The translations under genes were made by a program, and so were the position numbers. The notes below the pieces were generated by a model. It made no database searches and was not told where the DNA came from. It was given only the letters and a program-made list of their open reading frames with translations. Source: an uncultured delta proteobacterium (GTDB lineage Bacteria; Desulfobacterota; Syntrophorhabdia; Syntrophorhabdales; WCHB1-27). Taken from it: a stretch of DNA of 64,000 nucleotides. Of this stretch, positions 63,161 to 64,000 are shown in pieces. Position 1 is the first letter of the stretch. Each line of letters begins with the position of its first letter. The stretch is from NCBI GenBank assembly GCA_963810935.1, contig CAWEPK010000001.1, forward strand, positions 32,001 through 96,000. The letters are read 5' to 3'.

Positions 63161-63350
63161 TTGACGCTGCGTTATATTTAATGATATATAACGGGTAGCG
63201 TTATTGTTATTATGAGATATCGCTTGTCCTGTAGACGATGACAGATGGCAGGGCGGTTCCGGATGCCTCTCCTTACCGCCTTAGCCTTGCCCCCGTCAGC
63301 GTGGCGGGCGGATGGACTGACGGCCTCTCTCCTTCCGGCCCGCCCCTGAC
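63161..63350 (+). ncRNA. Candidate structured small RNA with its own promoter
   Basis: TTGACG...TGATATATAA promoter-like site, no credible ORF, two stem regions each enclosing CTCTCCTT. Confidence 0.3.
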
Positions 63351-63469
63351 ACTTTAAGAACTGCACAAAATCGAATAAATCCACGTCACGGAATCAGGTT
63401 GTGTTACAATAGGCGCTAAAAGCGGCCGGGCAGGTATTTGGTTAAGGCCGCTTTTCGAAAGGACCTATA

Positions 63470-64000
63470 GTGGCGCCGGAGCGCAGCAGGAAAGCGAGAA
63501 TAGTCTATCTAACGGCCATCCTTGCCGTTGCCTACGCGGTCTTCTTTTACAACCTGGGCGCCTATTCATTAAAGGAGCCGGACGAGGGCAGGTACGCGGA
63601 GATACCGCGTGAGATGGTCGAGCAGGGCGATTACCTCGTACCGCACCTGGATTACGTCCGGTACTTCGAAAAGCCGCCGCTGCTGTACTGGGCCTGTGCG
63701 GCATCGTACAAAGTTTTCGGCATCAATGAATGGTCATTCAGGCTTCCGAACGCGGCTTCTGCGCTGGTGTGCGCCTTTGCGACCTATCTTTTTGCAGCCC
63801 GCCTATTCTCGGCGCAAGCCGGTTTTATGTCCGCCCTCATATTAATGACCTCTTTCGGCTTTTTCGGCATGGCCCGCATCGGGACGATAGACATGCTTCT
63901 CTCCTTTCTCCTATCGGCTGCCGTTTTCTCATTCTATGAATTCTACAGGACGGAGAGAAGGCGTTTTCTCTATCTGTTTTCGGCGGCCCTCGCCCTTGCC
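63470..64000 (+). CDS. ArnT/GT39 lipid-carrier glycosyltransferase (3' end outside window)
   Basis: Manual translation from GTG 63470: ..EPDEGRYAEIPREMVE.GDY.VP...YFEKPPLLYW. Confidence 0.9.
   Translation, partial: MAPERSRKARIVYLTAILAVAYAVFFYNLGAYSLKEPDEGRYAEIPREMVEQGDYLVPHLDYVRYFEKPPLLYWACAASYKVFGINEWSFRLPNAASALVCAFATYLFAARLFSAQAGFMSALILMTSFGFFGMARIGTIDMLLSFLLSAAVFSFYEFYRTERRRFLYLFSAALALA

Overview
GC-rich chromosomal window from an anaerobic bacterium. Gene content and order suggest a deltaproteobacterium such as the Syntrophorhabdaceae (inference only). Most of it is housekeeping: rplU-rpmA-obgE-proBA-nadD-rsfS-dksA-lapAB-apgM-comF-asmA; maf-yggS-argH-lipoprotein-lysA-dapF-dapA-dapB; Fo ATP synthase atpZ/I/B/E; oxidative-stress genes; rex; a TetR-RND efflux operon; and a partial arnT. 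Highlights: (1) a cstA + small accessory protein + two divergent ArsA/GET3-type ATPases operon, one ATPase apparently starting at ATT; (2) a promoter -> c-di-GMP-I riboswitch -> PEP-CTERM-like protein, followed by a ribbon-helix-helix-PilZ fusion; (3) DksA with a ~300-aa histone-H1-like repeat tail; (4) two families of dispersed palindromic REP/MITE-like elements, one inside a 125-bp tandem repeat at the dapF 3' end; (5) a lower-GC islet with a perfect 13-bp palindrome; (6) a candidate sRNA with two CUCUCCUU motifs; (7) three frameshifted genes, two sharing the same sequence context, probably assembly errors. No tRNA, rRNA, CRISPR array or intact transposase/integrase was seen.
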